Of a stretch of 64,000 nt of DNA, positions 27,090 through 37,979 are shown piece by piece. The position numbers and the translations under genes are program-made. The notes beneath the pieces are model-generated. The model had not been told where the DNA came from. It worked only from the letters and a program-made list of their open reading frames with translations, and ran no database searches. Origin of the DNA: an uncultured delta proteobacterium (GTDB lineage Bacteria; Myxococcota_A; Polyangia; Palsa-1104). The number at the start of each line of letters is the position of its first letter. The first letter of the stretch is position 1. The stretch covers positions 608,001 through 672,000 of the forward strand of contig CAWAWS010000039.1 in assembly GCA_963785725.1 (NCBI GenBank). The letters are read 5' to 3'.

Positions 27090-27593
27090 CTACGTCGGTT
27101 CCGGCTCGAAGGGCGTGAACTGGCCGTAGCCGCCGCGGAAGAAGAGCAGCGGCGCGACCGGCCGCGTGACCGCCATCGAATGCACGTGGCCGAGCACGAT
27201 GAGGTGGTCGCCCGCTTCGTGCGTCGCGTGCAAGTCGCAGTCGATCCAGGCGACGACGTCGTCGATGATCGGCATGCCGGCGGCCGACAGCGAGTGGGCG
27301 AGGCCGGCGAACTTATCTGGCACTTTGGACGCGAACGTGCGGCAGACGGCCTCTTGGTCGTGAGCCAGCACGTTGACGCAGAAGCGGCGCACGGCGGCGA
27401 TCTTGGACCACGTCGTCGACGCGCGATCGGGCAGAAACGACACCAGCGGCGGCGACAGCGACGCCGAGCTGAACGAGCCGACGGTCATGCCCAGCGGCGC
27501 GCCATCGAGGCCGACGGCGCTGACGACGCAGACGCCGGTCGGATAGTGGCCGAGCACGGTGCGAAACCACTTGGGATCGGACGGCGTGCTCAT
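27090..27593 (-). CDS. Flavin reductase family protein (HpaC/RutF-like)
   Basis: FRTVLGHYPTGVCVVS, SLSPPLV, AGDHLIVLG and PLLFFRGGY. Confidence 0.9.
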   Translation of the reverse strand: MSTPSDPKWFRTVLGHYPTGVCVVSAVGLDGAPLGMTVGSFSSASLSPPLVSFLPDRASTTWSKIAAVRRFCVNVLAHDQEAVCRTFASKVPDKFAGLAHSLSAAGMPIIDDVVAWIDCDLHATHEAGDHLIVLGHVHSMAVTRPVAPLLFFRGGYGQFTPFEPEPT

Positions 27594-27842
27594 CGGCTCG
27601 ACCCTCGCGCCACAGCGACGCCATTCGCAGCGGTTGCCAGTCGGCCGCCGCTGCGTCGCGACCGGTTCCGGCTCTTCGTTTTCGGCGATTCGGCCAAGAC
27701 GTCTTCGACGCTAACCGAAGTCGTCGAGCCTCGCCAGCCGTCACGCGTGCGCATCGCTCGGCGCTTGACCGTTTCCGAAAGTGGGTCCAAGCTCGTTAAA
27801 CGCGCATTTAACTGACGGTAAACCGCAGCGTGGAGGTGGCCC

Positions 27843-28826
27843 ATGTCCTTTCGCTCCAACCTCGATCCCGAGCTCGCGCCGGCGCTCGCCTTCTTCGAGC
27901 AGCTGGGTCTGCCGGAGCTGACGCTCGCGAGCATTCCCGCGCGGCGCCAGCAGTTCCGCGACATGATCGCCCTCATGCACGCGACGATTCCGCCCAATCC
28001 CAACGTCGCGCAGGAAGATCGGCGCGTGCCCGGGCCGGCCGGCGCGCCCGACGTGCTCGTGCGCATCTATCGTCCTATGGCGACGGCGGCCGCGTCCGCA
28101 CCGCGGCCGGCCATCTATTGGATCCACGGCGGCGGCATGATCGTCGGCGACATCGGCATGGACGACACCACCTGCGCCGCCTTGGTCGAGAAGCTCGGCT
28201 GCGTCGTCGTCTCGGTCGAATATCGGCTGGCGCCCGAGCATCCGCATCCCGCGCCGGTCGAAGACTGTTACGCCGGCCTCGCCTGGACCGCCGAGCACGC
28301 CCAAGCGCTGGGCATCGATCGGGCGCGGCTGGCCATCGCCGGCGCCTCGGCCGGCGGCGGCTTGGCGGCGGCGACGGCGCTGCTGGCGCGCGATCGCGGC
28401 GGCCCGCGGCTCGCCTATCAATGTCTCATCTACCCGATGCTCGACGACCGCAACATCACGGCCTCGAGCCGCGAATTCAGCGCCATTCCGTCGTGGAGCC
28501 GCGAGTCGAACCTGGTCGGCTGGACGGCGCTGCTCGGCGAGCACATGGGCAAGCCCGGCGTGTCGCCGTTCGCCGCTCCGTCGCGCGCCACCGATCTGTC
28601 GGGCCTGCCGCCGGCGCTCGTTCAAGTCGGCGAATTGGAGGTCTTTCGCGACGAGGACATCGAGTACGCGACGCGCCTCATGCAAGCCGGCGTCGCGACC
28701 GAGCTGCACGTCTATCCCGGCGCATTTCACGGCTGGGACATGTCGGCGCCGACGTCCGGCTCCGCCAAGCGCATGATCGCCGACCGCATGAGCGCGCTGG
28801 CGCGCGCGCTCGGCGTCGCCGGATGA
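27843..28826 (+). CDS. Alpha/beta hydrolase (HSL-family esterase)
   Basis: HGGG, EYRLAPEHP, GASAGG nucleophile motif and C-terminal HGW. Confidence 0.92.
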   Translation: MSFRSNLDPELAPALAFFEQLGLPELTLASIPARRQQFRDMIALMHATIPPNPNVAQEDRRVPGPAGAPDVLVRIYRPMATAAASAPRPAIYWIHGGGMIVGDIGMDDTTCAALVEKLGCVVVSVEYRLAPEHPHPAPVEDCYAGLAWTAEHAQALGIDRARLAIAGASAGGGLAAATALLARDRGGPRLAYQCLIYPMLDDRNITASSREFSAIPSWSRESNLVGWTALLGEHMGKPGVSPFAAPSRATDLSGLPPALVQVGELEVFRDEDIEYATRLMQAGVATELHVYPGAFHGWDMSAPTSGSAKRMIADRMSALARALGVAG

Positions 28827-28851
28827 ATCACGGGCCGAGGAGCCGTCGTTA

Positions 28852-29502
28852 GTGGGAATTCTCTTCCACTTCGCGGGCGCCGCGACGCCGACCGGCACGC
28901 CCGAAGAACAGCGTCTGCTCGCGAGCGCGCTGGCGACGTTCGCGGCGCGCGGCTACGACCGCGCCAGCTTGAAGCAGATTGCCGCCGCCGCGCAGGTGAC
29001 GGCGGCGATGGTGAACTATTACTTCGACAGCAAGGAGAAGCTGTTTCGCCGCGTCGTCGAGGACTGCTTCGTCACGCTGCACGCGCTCGTCGAGCAGCGC
29101 ACGGGCGCGCACTTGCCGTTCATGGCGCGCATCACCGGCTTCGTCGTCGGGCACGCCGAGCTGGCGCTGTCGTTTCCCGAAGCCGCCGAGCTGCTCGTGC
29201 GCACCGCCTTTCGTCCCAGCGACGCCGGCGACAGCCTCGTGCCCGAGCTCATGCGCCGCTATGCGCCGCTGCGCGACAAAGCGCACGAGATCCTCGCCGC
29301 AGCCTGCCGGCCGAAGCAGCTGCTCTTGCGTGCGCCGATCGATCTCGCGCGCGCCGCCGATCATCTGCTCGGCCAAGTGGAGTTGATGCTGATTCGGCAG
29401 GTGCAGCGCCGTCGTTTCCCCAAAGCCGACGTGCCGCAGCTGTCGACCGAAGCGATCGTCGACCTCTTCTTGCACGGCATCAGCCATACGCATGGCGATT
29501 AG
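28852..29502 (+). CDS. TetR/AcrR family regulator
   Basis: FAARGYDRASLKQIA...MVNYYFDSKEKLF HTH. Confidence 0.82.
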   Translation: MGILFHFAGAATPTGTPEEQRLLASALATFAARGYDRASLKQIAAAAQVTAAMVNYYFDSKEKLFRRVVEDCFVTLHALVEQRTGAHLPFMARITGFVVGHAELALSFPEAAELLVRTAFRPSDAGDSLVPELMRRYAPLRDKAHEILAAACRPKQLLLRAPIDLARAADHLLGQVELMLIRQVQRRRFPKADVPQLSTEAIVDLFLHGISHTHGD

Positions 29503-31046
29503 CGCCAGGTGAACGTGCCGACGGCGCCGGCGGGCAAGGTCGCGACGAAGCAGCGGTCGCCGTCATTGACGTTGAAGTCCTGCGAATTACCGCCCGAGTT
29601 GATGGCGACGAGCACTTTGCCGCCGTCGGGATTGACGAACGCCACGTCTTCGATCGAGCCGGCGCCGAACGTATTCGAGTCGATGCGGGCCGCGCCGCGC
29701 AACACGAACGAGCTCACGTGCGCCATCGCGTAATAATCGACGTTGAAGTCGTAAGTGCCGTCGTCGTGAATCGTCGCCAAGCCTTGGCAGTCGTTGCAGC
29801 CGCCGGGGCCGATCGGTCCATATTGATCGTCGAGCACCAAATTCCATTTGACGATCATCTTGGCCCAATGACGAATCGAACCGATATAGAGCGATTGGAA
29901 TTGGCTGATCAAGCTGGTCGCGAAATCGCCCGTCCACGTGCCGCCCGAGCATTCGGTCAAATAGATCGGCTTATCGGGATAAGCGTCATGCACTAGATCC
30001 ATTTGCGACGGATCGCCGCCATAACAATGGAACGCCACGCCATAGGTGTCGTCGCGTAAGTCGGCGTTGTCGTCGAGCATCGCCTTCGGATAAGCGGCGG
30101 CTTGATCCCAATTGTGATCGTAAATGAGGATATGCGCGCCGATATTGGCCGCTTTGAGCGCCGGCGCCAAGTGATAGCGAACCAAATTCGATTCCTGATA
30201 CCACTGCAGATTCATCGTCGGATAGCCGCCGTGATCGATGAGCGGCTCGTTGGCCGGCGTCACCGCCCAGATGGGAATTCCGGCGGCTTGATACTGCTGA
30301 ATGAACTTCACCAAGTAATTGGCAAATGGATCGTACATATCGGGATCGATCAATGTGCCTTGGCCGGTGAACGATCCCGAATCCTTCATCCACGCCGGCG
30401 CGCTCCACGGCGTGGCGATGATGTCGATGGCCTGATTGACCGCCAGCGCCGCTTTGATGGCGGGAATGATGTAGTCGTCATCGCGCGCGATCGAAAACGA
30501 GGCCAACGTCGGATCGGTCTGGCCGGCCGGTAAGTCGTCGTAAGAGTAAAACTGCGGCGCCAGATCGCTCGAGCCCACCGGCTGCCGCAGCACGCTCACG
30601 CCGATGCCGTGTCGCGCGTCGAACAGCTGCGTCAACAGCGTCGAACGCTGGCTCTGCGACATCGTGTTCATGAGCAGCGTCGCCGAGGAGTCGGTGATCG
30701 ACGCGCCGAAGCCTTCGATCGTTTGGTACTGCGTGGTACCATCGAGCGTCACCGTCAGTGGCGCCGAGCAGGGCGAGCTGGCGATGGGCGCCGCCGTCTG
30801 CTCGGCGAACAGCGTCGCCTGATCGCCCGTCGTCAGCCAGAAGCGCGCCGCGGTCGACGGCGGCAACGGTGGCGCGGCGGCGTCGTTCGCGCCGGCGTCG
30901 GTCGCCGTGCCGCTACCGCCGCCGACTCCACCGCCGCCGCCTGCGCCGGCGTCGTGCACGCCGTTCTGCAGGATCGGGCCCGACGACGCGTGGCAGCCGC
31001 AGACGGTCGCCGTCAACGCCAGCATGATCGACCGCGCGTTGCGCAT
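29499..31046 (-). CDS. Glycoside hydrolase family 30, probable lipoprotein
   Basis: YQTIEGFGASITDSS, PWSAPAWMK, NEP acid/base motif, YDHNWD and LTEC nucleophile. Confidence 0.9.
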   Translation of the reverse strand: MRNARSIMLALTATVCGCHASSGPILQNGVHDAGAGGGGGVGGGSGTATDAGANDAAAPPLPPSTAARFWLTTGDQATLFAEQTAAPIASSPCSAPLTVTLDGTTQYQTIEGFGASITDSSATLLMNTMSQSQRSTLLTQLFDARHGIGVSVLRQPVGSSDLAPQFYSYDDLPAGQTDPTLASFSIARDDDYIIPAIKAALAVNQAIDIIATPWSAPAWMKDSGSFTGQGTLIDPDMYDPFANYLVKFIQQYQAAGIPIWAVTPANEPLIDHGGYPTMNLQWYQESNLVRYHLAPALKAANIGAHILIYDHNWDQAAAYPKAMLDDNADLRDDTYGVAFHCYGGDPSQMDLVHDAYPDKPIYLTECSGGTWTGDFATSLISQFQSLYIGSIRHWAKMIVKWNLVLDDQYGPIGPGGCNDCQGLATIHDDGTYDFNVDYYAMAHVSSFVLRGAARIDSNTFGAGSIEDVAFVNPDGGKVLVAINSGGNSQDFNVNDGDRCFVATLPAGAVGTFTWR

Positions 31047-31249
31047 GCGGACGAACGGTTGCAGTCGACATGCCGCCGCCGTCGCCCATCAAGTGCGTGA
31101 AATGCCGTCGGTGCGCTGCGGAAATGGCGCGCCCGCTGTCCATCCACCGTTTACGGCTACATCAGCGGTGGTAGAGCACCCACAAGGCCGACGAAATCGA
31201 GCGGTCGCGCCGCGCAGCCGCCCAGCGCCAACGCGACGAGGAGAGCGAT

Positions 31250-31591
31250 TCAGGTCGCGAGCGGATCGCGCGCCAACAGCTCGGCGACGGTCAGCGACAA
31301 GCACTCGTTCGGATGGAGCTCGACGAGCCGCCAGTCGGCGATGGCCACGTCGTCGAGCAACAGGCGCGGCTTCGGCAGGAACGCCGTGAAGCAGTCGTGC
31401 AAACCGAGCTCGCGCGCCGCGCGCTCGGCATAGTCCGCGCCGCCGCTGCTCCAGCAGTACAGAATGGCGCCGGCCTGCTTCAACGCGGCGACCCGCTCGA
31501 CCATCGGCGACATGGGAATGCGCTTGCCGCCGAAGCTGCGAACGAGGGTGTCGTCGACGTCGACGTAGATGACGGCGGGCGGCGGGGACAT
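31250..31591 (-). CDS. Small HAD-like hydrolase
   Basis: YVDVDDTL motif I, WSSGG and KP..LLDD. Confidence 0.75.
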   Translation of the reverse strand: MSPPPAVIYVDVDDTLVRSFGGKRIPMSPMVERVAALKQAGAILYCWSSGGADYAERAARELGLHDCFTAFLPKPRLLLDDVAIADWRLVELHPNECLSLTVAELLARDPLAT

Positions 31592-31755
31592 GAGCGCTCC
31601 TGGCTGATCGAAGGTCTCGGCTCGGCGAGACGCGTCACGACGCTCGACGGAGTCTGCAGTGCCATGCGACGACGCGTCTGTCCGTCGCGCTATCGCGTGG
31701 ATCCGCGAATCGCGTTACTGCGACGGGCGATTCGCGCTCGGCGTGGCGGCGGGGA

Positions 31756-32466
31756 TTAGGCGGCGCGTCGGAGCAGCGCCGGCGCCAACGTCAGCTGCGC
31801 GCCGCGCGAGATGAGCAGGCCGCGCCGAGTCAGCGACGTCAGCATGCGCGTGATCGTCTCGCGACAGGTGCCGACGAGGCTGGCCAGCTCCTGGTGCGTC
31901 GGCCGGCTCTGCAGGACGAGGCCGGCCGCCGTCATCCCGCCTTGCGCGCGCGCCAGCCGTTCGAGCGTGCGCACCAGCCGCGACTCGACGTTCTCCAGCG
32001 CCAGCTCGCCGATGGTGCGCGTCGCCGTCGCCATGCGGCGGCTGAGCGTGAGCGCCAGGTTCACCGCCGTCGACGGATGCAGCTTCAGGTGCTCCAGGAA
32101 CGCCTCACGGCCGAGCAGCAGCAGGGTCACGTCGTCGACGGCGCTGACGTTCGCCGCCTGCACCGTCTCCGACAAGAGCGCCTGCTCGCCGAAGATCTCG
32201 CCGGGCCCCAGCTGCGCCACGATCAGCTCGCGGCCGCTGTCGCCGACGATGGTGACCTGCACCTGACCGGCGGCGATGAGGTAGAGGCTGTCGGCCGGCT
32301 CGTCCTGCGCCAAGATCAGCGTCTCGGCGGGGCGGACGCGCACCACGATCCGTCGCGCCAGATCCTCGAGCGCCGCCGGCGGGCAGCCGCGCAAGAGGGA
32401 CATGCGCCCCAAAAGCTCGCGGCGCCGATTGAGCTCATCTTGCAATGCGTAAGCTGCTTGCATCAT
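31756..32466 (-). CDS. Crp/Fnr family transcriptional regulator
   Basis: cNMP-binding domain (LGPGEIFGE) and HTH THQELASLVGTCRETITR. Confidence 0.9.
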   Translation of the reverse strand: MMQAAYALQDELNRRRELLGRMSLLRGCPPAALEDLARRIVVRVRPAETLILAQDEPADSLYLIAAGQVQVTIVGDSGRELIVAQLGPGEIFGEQALLSETVQAANVSAVDDVTLLLLGREAFLEHLKLHPSTAVNLALTLSRRMATATRTIGELALENVESRLVRTLERLARAQGGMTAAGLVLQSRPTHQELASLVGTCRETITRMLTSLTRRGLLISRGAQLTLAPALLRRAA

Positions 32467-32897
32467 AGAATTTCGCCTCCGCCCGCTGTCGTTTGCAGGC
32501 GGCGCGCCAACGCCAACGGCCTCGCGACTGCCGACGTGAGACCCGTGAAACGCGTGCAAACCGGGTAAAACGGGACGTCAGGCGCTGTCCCTGGGACAGC
32601 CCTGGGACGCTCTTGCGGCGGCGTCGCCGCGGGTCAGGCCACCCGAGAAGCCGGCCGCTCGATCCGCCCCGCGGATCTTTGCACCAACGCGAATGTAGCC
32701 GTGCAGCTCGGCGCATATCGCACCTGCTGCGACGATTTGTCTAGCGTGATTCGTCGACGGCAACGGCGCGCGTTCGCCGTGCGCGCGGCGATCGGCGGCC
32801 GAGACGCGAATAGCCAATGCGAATGATCATTCGTATCTTGAACAGGTCGAACGGAGCGGCTGCGCGTAGTCGGTGGCCGTTCAGAAAGGGCTGTTTC

Positions 32898-33527
32898 ATG
32901 CGTATCGCCGTATTGGGAGCCACGGGTCAGACGGGGCGTCAGCTCGTCCGGCAGGCGTTGGCGCGCGGTCATGAGGTGGTGGCGTTGGCGCGCGATCCGC
33001 GCCGGCTCTTACAATCGCCGGCGGTCCCGGCGCTGACCGTCGTCGCCGCCGACGTCTTCGCGCCGGCGACGGTGCGAGCGGCGCTGGTCGGGGTCGACGC
33101 GGTCGTCAGCGGCCTCGGCGCCCGCGGCGGCGTCGACGGCACCTTGGCGGCGGGCGCGAGCGCGGTCGCGGCGGCGGCGATCGGGCGCGTCGTCTGGCTC
33201 GGCAGCCTGGGCACGGGCGCGTCGCGCGGCCGTGGCGGCGCGCTCGTCGACGTGCTCATTCCGCTCGTCCTACGCAAGGAGCTGGCGGACAAGGCGCGCG
33301 GCGAGGCGGTCATCCGCGGCGCCGGCGGGACGGTGGTGCACGCCGGGCCGCTCGGCAACGGCGACGGCGACGGCGGCGGGCGGCTCGTCGCCGTCGCCGA
33401 CTTTCGGGCGCGCTTTTGGCCGCGCGTCATCGCGCGCGCCGACGTGGCGGCGCTGATGCTCGACGAGCTGACGCAGCCCCGACATCGCGGCGAGACGGCG
33501 ATCGCGCTCACTCGCCATCATTCATAG
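32898..33527 (+). CDS. NAD(P)-binding oxidoreductase (biliverdin reductase B-like)
   Basis: MRIAVLGATGQTG Rossmann motif and IARADVA. Confidence 0.85.
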   Translation: MRIAVLGATGQTGRQLVRQALARGHEVVALARDPRRLLQSPAVPALTVVAADVFAPATVRAALVGVDAVVSGLGARGGVDGTLAAGASAVAAAAIGRVVWLGSLGTGASRGRGGALVDVLIPLVLRKELADKARGEAVIRGAGGTVVHAGPLGNGDGDGGGRLVAVADFRARFWPRVIARADVAALMLDELTQPRHRGETAIALTRHHS

Positions 33528-33536
33528 GAGAAGACC

Positions 33537-34328
33537 ATGACGGAATCGGAGATCTTGCAGCAGATGATTGCGGCGGCGCAGGAGATCGGACGGCGCGTAT
33601 CGGCGGCGCCGCGGCCGCCCAAGTTTCGTACGCTGGCCGAGCTGAAGTCGGTGTTCGGCGACTTCGACAAGCCGCTGCAGCGCGCGCTGTGGGAGCGGCT
33701 GCACGCGCTGGTGCCGGCGGCGGTGTCGTTCGACGAGCTCGAAGGCGACCTGCCCGCGGGCGACGTCTGGATCATCGACGCGCTCGACGGCGCCGTCCAA
33801 TATCTGCACGAGCTGCCGCAGTGGTGCGTGAGCTTGACGCTGGTGCGCGAGCGCCAGCCGGTGCTGGCGGTGCTGCACAGCCCGGCGCTGCAGGAGACCT
33901 ACGCGGCGCGGCGCGGCGGCGGCGCCACGCGCAACGGCGCGGCGATCGTCCCGGCGCACAAGAGCGAGCTGGCGGCAGCCTTCGTGGCCACGAGCACGCC
34001 GCCGTTCGTGGGACGGCTGCCGCGGCAAGTGGAGCTGGCCGGCCGCTCGCTCGCGGTCATGCTGGCCGCGGTCGGCGTCGTGCGCAACTTGGGCGCGACG
34101 TCGTGGCAGGTCGCGGACGTGGCCGGCGGCCGCATCGACGCCTTCTGGGAATATGGCGTCGACGACGTCAACTTGTTGGGCGCGGCGCTCATCGCGCGCG
34201 AGGCCGGCGCCGTCGTCACCGACGCGGCGGGGCAGCCGTGGCGCGCGGGCGCAGGCAGCATCCTCGTCGCCGCGCCGTCGCTGCACGCGCGGCTGCAGGC
34301 GCTGATGCCGGCCGACGCCGCCGGCTGA
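33537..34328 (+). CDS. Inositol monophosphatase family protein
   Basis: WIIDALDG, VAGGRIDAFWE and EAGAVVTD motifs. Confidence 0.82.
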   Translation: MTESEILQQMIAAAQEIGRRVSAAPRPPKFRTLAELKSVFGDFDKPLQRALWERLHALVPAAVSFDELEGDLPAGDVWIIDALDGAVQYLHELPQWCVSLTLVRERQPVLAVLHSPALQETYAARRGGGATRNGAAIVPAHKSELAAAFVATSTPPFVGRLPRQVELAGRSLAVMLAAVGVVRNLGATSWQVADVAGGRIDAFWEYGVDDVNLLGAALIAREAGAVVTDAAGQPWRAGAGSILVAAPSLHARLQALMPADAAG

Positions 34329-34405
34329 ACGCGCCGACGTGACGGCGCGCACAGTCGGTGTTTGATCGGCGGCTGCCGAGCGGCTTCGTGTTCTATGGTG
34401 TGCGT

Positions 34406-35005
34406 ATGCCGGATTCGGCCATGCGTGCTCGCCCGACAGGCGCGGCCGTCTTGGCGCTGCTCGCGGCCATTGCCTCGTCGTCGGCGGCGGCGGACGAGCC
34501 CGCGCCGTTTCCGATTCCCCGAGGCTTCCACTCCGATCCGGTGCAGGCCAAAGCTCACGGCAAGGAGCTGTTCATCACGGATTCGTCGGTCGTGATGACG
34601 TTCGGCCGTGAGCCGTTGCTGTCGATCGATGACGTCGATGGCTTGCTGCGCGCCGGCATGGCAGGACCGGGCGGGTTGGTCGCGCATGCGCACGATTACG
34701 TGTCGCTCGGCGGCGTGCGCGCGCTGCGCTTGCAGCTCGATTATCGCGCTGACGGCCGCGATTATAGACGGGTCGACTATCTCATCCCCATTCGACAGCA
34801 GACCAACGAGCTCAGCTTTACCGTCGATCGCGCCGCGAGTGACGCGCAGCTCGCCCGCTTCGATGCCATCGCGCGCTCGACGCCGGGCCTGCCGCCGCCC
34901 GAGCGGTCGACCGCTTGGTACATCTTTCAGTCGCTCTATATCTTCGCCGTGGCGTTCGGCCTCTTGGCGTTTCGGGCGCGCTGGCGGAAGTCCCGCTCGT
35001 CGTGA
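34406..35005 (+). CDS. Hypothetical exported protein with C-terminal membrane anchor
   Basis: Signal-like N-terminus and a C-terminal hydrophobic helix followed by a basic tail. Confidence 0.5.
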   Translation: MPDSAMRARPTGAAVLALLAAIASSSAAADEPAPFPIPRGFHSDPVQAKAHGKELFITDSSVVMTFGREPLLSIDDVDGLLRAGMAGPGGLVAHAHDYVSLGGVRALRLQLDYRADGRDYRRVDYLIPIRQQTNELSFTVDRAASDAQLARFDAIARSTPGLPPPERSTAWYIFQSLYIFAVAFGLLAFRARWRKSRSS

Positions 35006-35020
35006 GCTTGCGCGGCGACG

Positions 35021-35737
35021 TCACACGCCCATGCGCGACTTGAAGACGCGGGCCTGACGGCGCGAAATCTCGACTTCGGGGCCGCCGCGCAGCTGCACGT
35101 GCAGTCGACCGCCGAGGCCGAGCTCGACCGCGGCCACGAAGTCCAGGTTGATGAGCTGCTGGCGATTGGCGCGAAAGAAGCGGCGCTCGTCGAGACGCGG
35201 CTCGAGGCTGGCCAGCGAGCGCAAGAGCAGCGGCTGCGCGTCGTTCCAATGCAGCCGCGCGTAGTTGCCTTCGGACGAGATGAGCCGCACCTCGCGCAGC
35301 GGCACGAACCAGCAGCGATCGCCGTCGCGCACGAACAGCTGCTCGATCTGCGCCTCCGCCGTCACGTCGGTCGTCGTCGCGGGCGTCGTCGGGGCGGCGT
35401 GCAGCTTGGTCAGCGCCAGCGCCAGCCGCTCGGGCTCGATGGGCTTGAGCAGGTAGTCGAGCGCGTTGACCTCGAAGGCGCGCACGGCGTGATGGTCATA
35501 GGCGGTCGTGAAGATCACCCGCGGCGCGCGCTCGAGCCGCGCCAGCAAGTCGAAGCCGTCGCCGCCCGGCATCTGAATGTCGAGGAACACGAGGTCGGGC
35601 GCGAGCGCGACGATCTGCGCCTGCGCGGCGTCGATGTTGGCGGCTTCGCCGATGATCTCGATCCAGCTGAACTTGGCCAAAAGGCGGCGCAGCTCGCGGC
35701 GCGCCAACGGCTCATCGTCGACGAGCAGCGCCCTCAC
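35021..35737 (-). CDS. LytTR family response regulator
   Basis: VDDEPLAR, FLDIQMPG, DYLLKP and FFRANRQQLIN; GTGA overlap with the kinase stop codon. Confidence 0.92.
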   Translation of the reverse strand: MRALLVDDEPLARRELRRLLAKFSWIEIIGEAANIDAAQAQIVALAPDLVFLDIQMPGGDGFDLLARLERAPRVIFTTAYDHHAVRAFEVNALDYLLKPIEPERLALALTKLHAAPTTPATTTDVTAEAQIEQLFVRDGDRCWFVPLREVRLISSEGNYARLHWNDAQPLLLRSLASLEPRLDERRFFRANRQQLINLDFVAAVELGLGGRLHVQLRGGPEVEISRRQARVFKSRMGV

Positions 35738-36792
35738 GGCAGACGCTCGATGCGCACGCGCGCCGTGGCGCGACCGGGCTCGGTCAGGTCGAGGTCGAGC
35801 CGCGCCCCGTCGCCGAGGAGCAGCTTCAGCCGGCGCGCGGCGTTGGCGAGGCCGATGCCGGTGTCGTCGTCCGACGCCGCCTTGACGTCCGGCCGCGGAT
35901 GCGCGACGACGATCGTGAGCGCGCCGCCGTCGAGCGCCGCCGTCAGCGTCAGCGTTCCGCCGTCGGGCAAGGGCGCGATGCCGTGCTTGATGGCGTTCTC
36001 GACCAGCGTCGTCAGCAGCATGACCGGGATGCGCGCGCGGCCGGCCGCGGCGTCGATGCGGCGATCGATCGTCAGCCGCTCGCCCAGCCGCAGCTGCTCG
36101 AGCGCCAAGTAGTCGGTCACGATCTCCAGCTCGCGCTCGAGGCTCACCAGCTCCTCCTGCGCGCTCAGCGAATAACGCAGCATGCGCGCCAACTGCGTCA
36201 CGGCAGCTTGCGCGCCTTCGGGATCGTCGGCGATGAGCGCGCGCACGCTGTTGAGCGAATTGAAGAGAAAATGCGGGTTCAGCTGCGACTTGAGCGCGCG
36301 CAGCTCGGCCGCGTGCAAGGCTTCGCCAAGCTGCGCCTGCGCAAGCTCGGTCTCTTGGCGCTGCCGGCGCAAGCGAATGTCGAAGTAGAAGATCGTCCAG
36401 ATGACGAAGATGAGACTCCAGCGCACGATGGCCCGCACCGTCATCGCGACGATGCCGTCGGGGTGGTCGCCGTAGCCGAAGCGCTCGACGACCAAGCCGC
36501 TCAGCACCAACGCCGTGGCCATGACGACGGCGGCGGCGATGACGCGCGGGATGAGGGCGACGGCGGTTCGTTCGTCCCAATTGCGCGCGCGAATGAGGGC
36601 GCGAAAGAGGTGGGTCAAGAGCAGGGCGACGGTAGCGGAGAGCGCGGTTTCGACGAAGGCTCGCGGCGCCGGCATCTCCGACGCCCGCAGGCTGTAGAAA
36701 TTGGTGACCGCGAGCGCGCCCCAGCCGCCGAGCTGGCACAGCCAATAGGCGCGCTGTTGGGTCCGGCTGGGCGCGGGCGAAACGGGCGGCAT
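35734..36792 (-). CDS. LytS/YehU-type sensor histidine kinase
   Basis: Four TM segments, ELRALKSQLNPHFLFNSLN and LVENAIKHG. Confidence 0.92.
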   Translation of the reverse strand: MPPVSPAPSRTQQRAYWLCQLGGWGALAVTNFYSLRASEMPAPRAFVETALSATVALLLTHLFRALIRARNWDERTAVALIPRVIAAAVVMATALVLSGLVVERFGYGDHPDGIVAMTVRAIVRWSLIFVIWTIFYFDIRLRRQRQETELAQAQLGEALHAAELRALKSQLNPHFLFNSLNSVRALIADDPEGAQAAVTQLARMLRYSLSAQEELVSLERELEIVTDYLALEQLRLGERLTIDRRIDAAAGRARIPVMLLTTLVENAIKHGIAPLPDGGTLTLTAALDGGALTIVVAHPRPDVKAASDDDTGIGLANAARRLKLLLGDGARLDLDLTEPGRATARVRIERLP

Positions 36793-36815
36793 CGGCGGCG
36801 ATTGTAGCGGCAACG

Positions 36816-37847
36816 TCAGCGGGTGGCGCTGTCGGCGATCGATTGGCCGCGCGTCGGCTCGCCGGCGACGACCGGCTTGCCGTCGGCGACGTAGCGCGTG
36901 AACTGCGCCGGCAGGCCCTCGCCGTCGAAGAGCTGCGCCGTCGTCTGCAGGTGATAATGCAGGTGTGGCTCCGTCGAGTGGCCGCTGTTGCCGCACGAGC
37001 CGAGCCGCTGACCGGCCGTGACGCGGTCGCCGACGTGCACGGTGACGCTGCCCGGCTGTAGATGCGCGAGGAACGAGAACTCGCCGTTGCCGTGGTCGAT
37101 GACGACGTGGTTGCCGACGACCTCTTTGTCGTTCATCGTGCCGGGGACGTTCTCGGCGACGTCGTTGCGGACGGCCACGACCGTGCCGGCGCCGGGCGCC
37201 AAGATGGGACGGCCGTAGCAGTAGTAGTCGCTGTTGCGCGTGCCGTCGCCCGAGTGCGTGCTCTCGCCTTTGACGACGAGCAAGTCGTAGGCGAAGCGCT
37301 GCTCGCGGTTGGCGGCGTGATAGTTCTCGGCGAGCGAGCGTCCGCCCCAGCCGACGGCCCACGTGCCATCGAACGGCAAGCGCAGCGGCGTCTTGGTGCG
37401 ATAGTCGAGCTTGGTCGACGGCGCCGGCCCGTCGGGCTTGGCCACCCGAATGCCGAAGCCCATGATGTGATCGTGCGCGTCGAAGCCGATCTTGACCGTG
37501 ACCAGCGACGGCGCCTTGGTGAAATGCGCGGTCCGCACGTAGATGCGCCGGCCGTCCTGACGCTCGATCGCTTCCGCGTCGACGCCGCGCTCGCTGCCCG
37601 CCTGCGTCAGCACGGTGGTGCGAAATGACGCGACCTCGGCGACGCTGCCGAAGTGGGCGCGCAGGCCGTCGTCGCACTGCCGCCAGAAGGCGTCCAGATC
37701 GCCGCGATAGAACGCCTCGGACCAACGACGACCGAGCGCCTTCGTGGCGTCGTCCTCGGACGCGCCGGGCGTCGCCGCCGACGCCGGAGGCGCGTCGCCG
37801 AGCAGCGTCACCAGTAGAAGTAAAGCCGAGCCTAGCCAAGTCTTCAT
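36816..37847 (-). CDS. M23 family peptidase with N-terminal NTF2-like domain
   Basis: Signal peptide, H..AYD, GNHVVIDHG, LAHL and GNSGHSTEPHLHY. Confidence 0.88.
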   Translation of the reverse strand: MKTWLGSALLLLVTLLGDAPPASAATPGASEDDATKALGRRWSEAFYRGDLDAFWRQCDDGLRAHFGSVAEVASFRTTVLTQAGSERGVDAEAIERQDGRRIYVRTAHFTKAPSLVTVKIGFDAHDHIMGFGIRVAKPDGPAPSTKLDYRTKTPLRLPFDGTWAVGWGGRSLAENYHAANREQRFAYDLLVVKGESTHSGDGTRNSDYYCYGRPILAPGAGTVVAVRNDVAENVPGTMNDKEVVGNHVVIDHGNGEFSFLAHLQPGSVTVHVGDRVTAGQRLGSCGNSGHSTEPHLHYHLQTTAQLFDGEGLPAQFTRYVADGKPVVAGEPTRGQSIADSATR

Positions 37848-37979
37848 GAGCTCCCCCGTTTGCGTGTCTGTTGGTTGCAGCTGTTTTCAACCTAACGGCT
37901 GCGCGCGCGGCGAACGGGGATTTGTGACGAGCGGCCAGGAGCGCGTGACGAACGGTCGCCGGCGGCGGTCGAGCGGTCG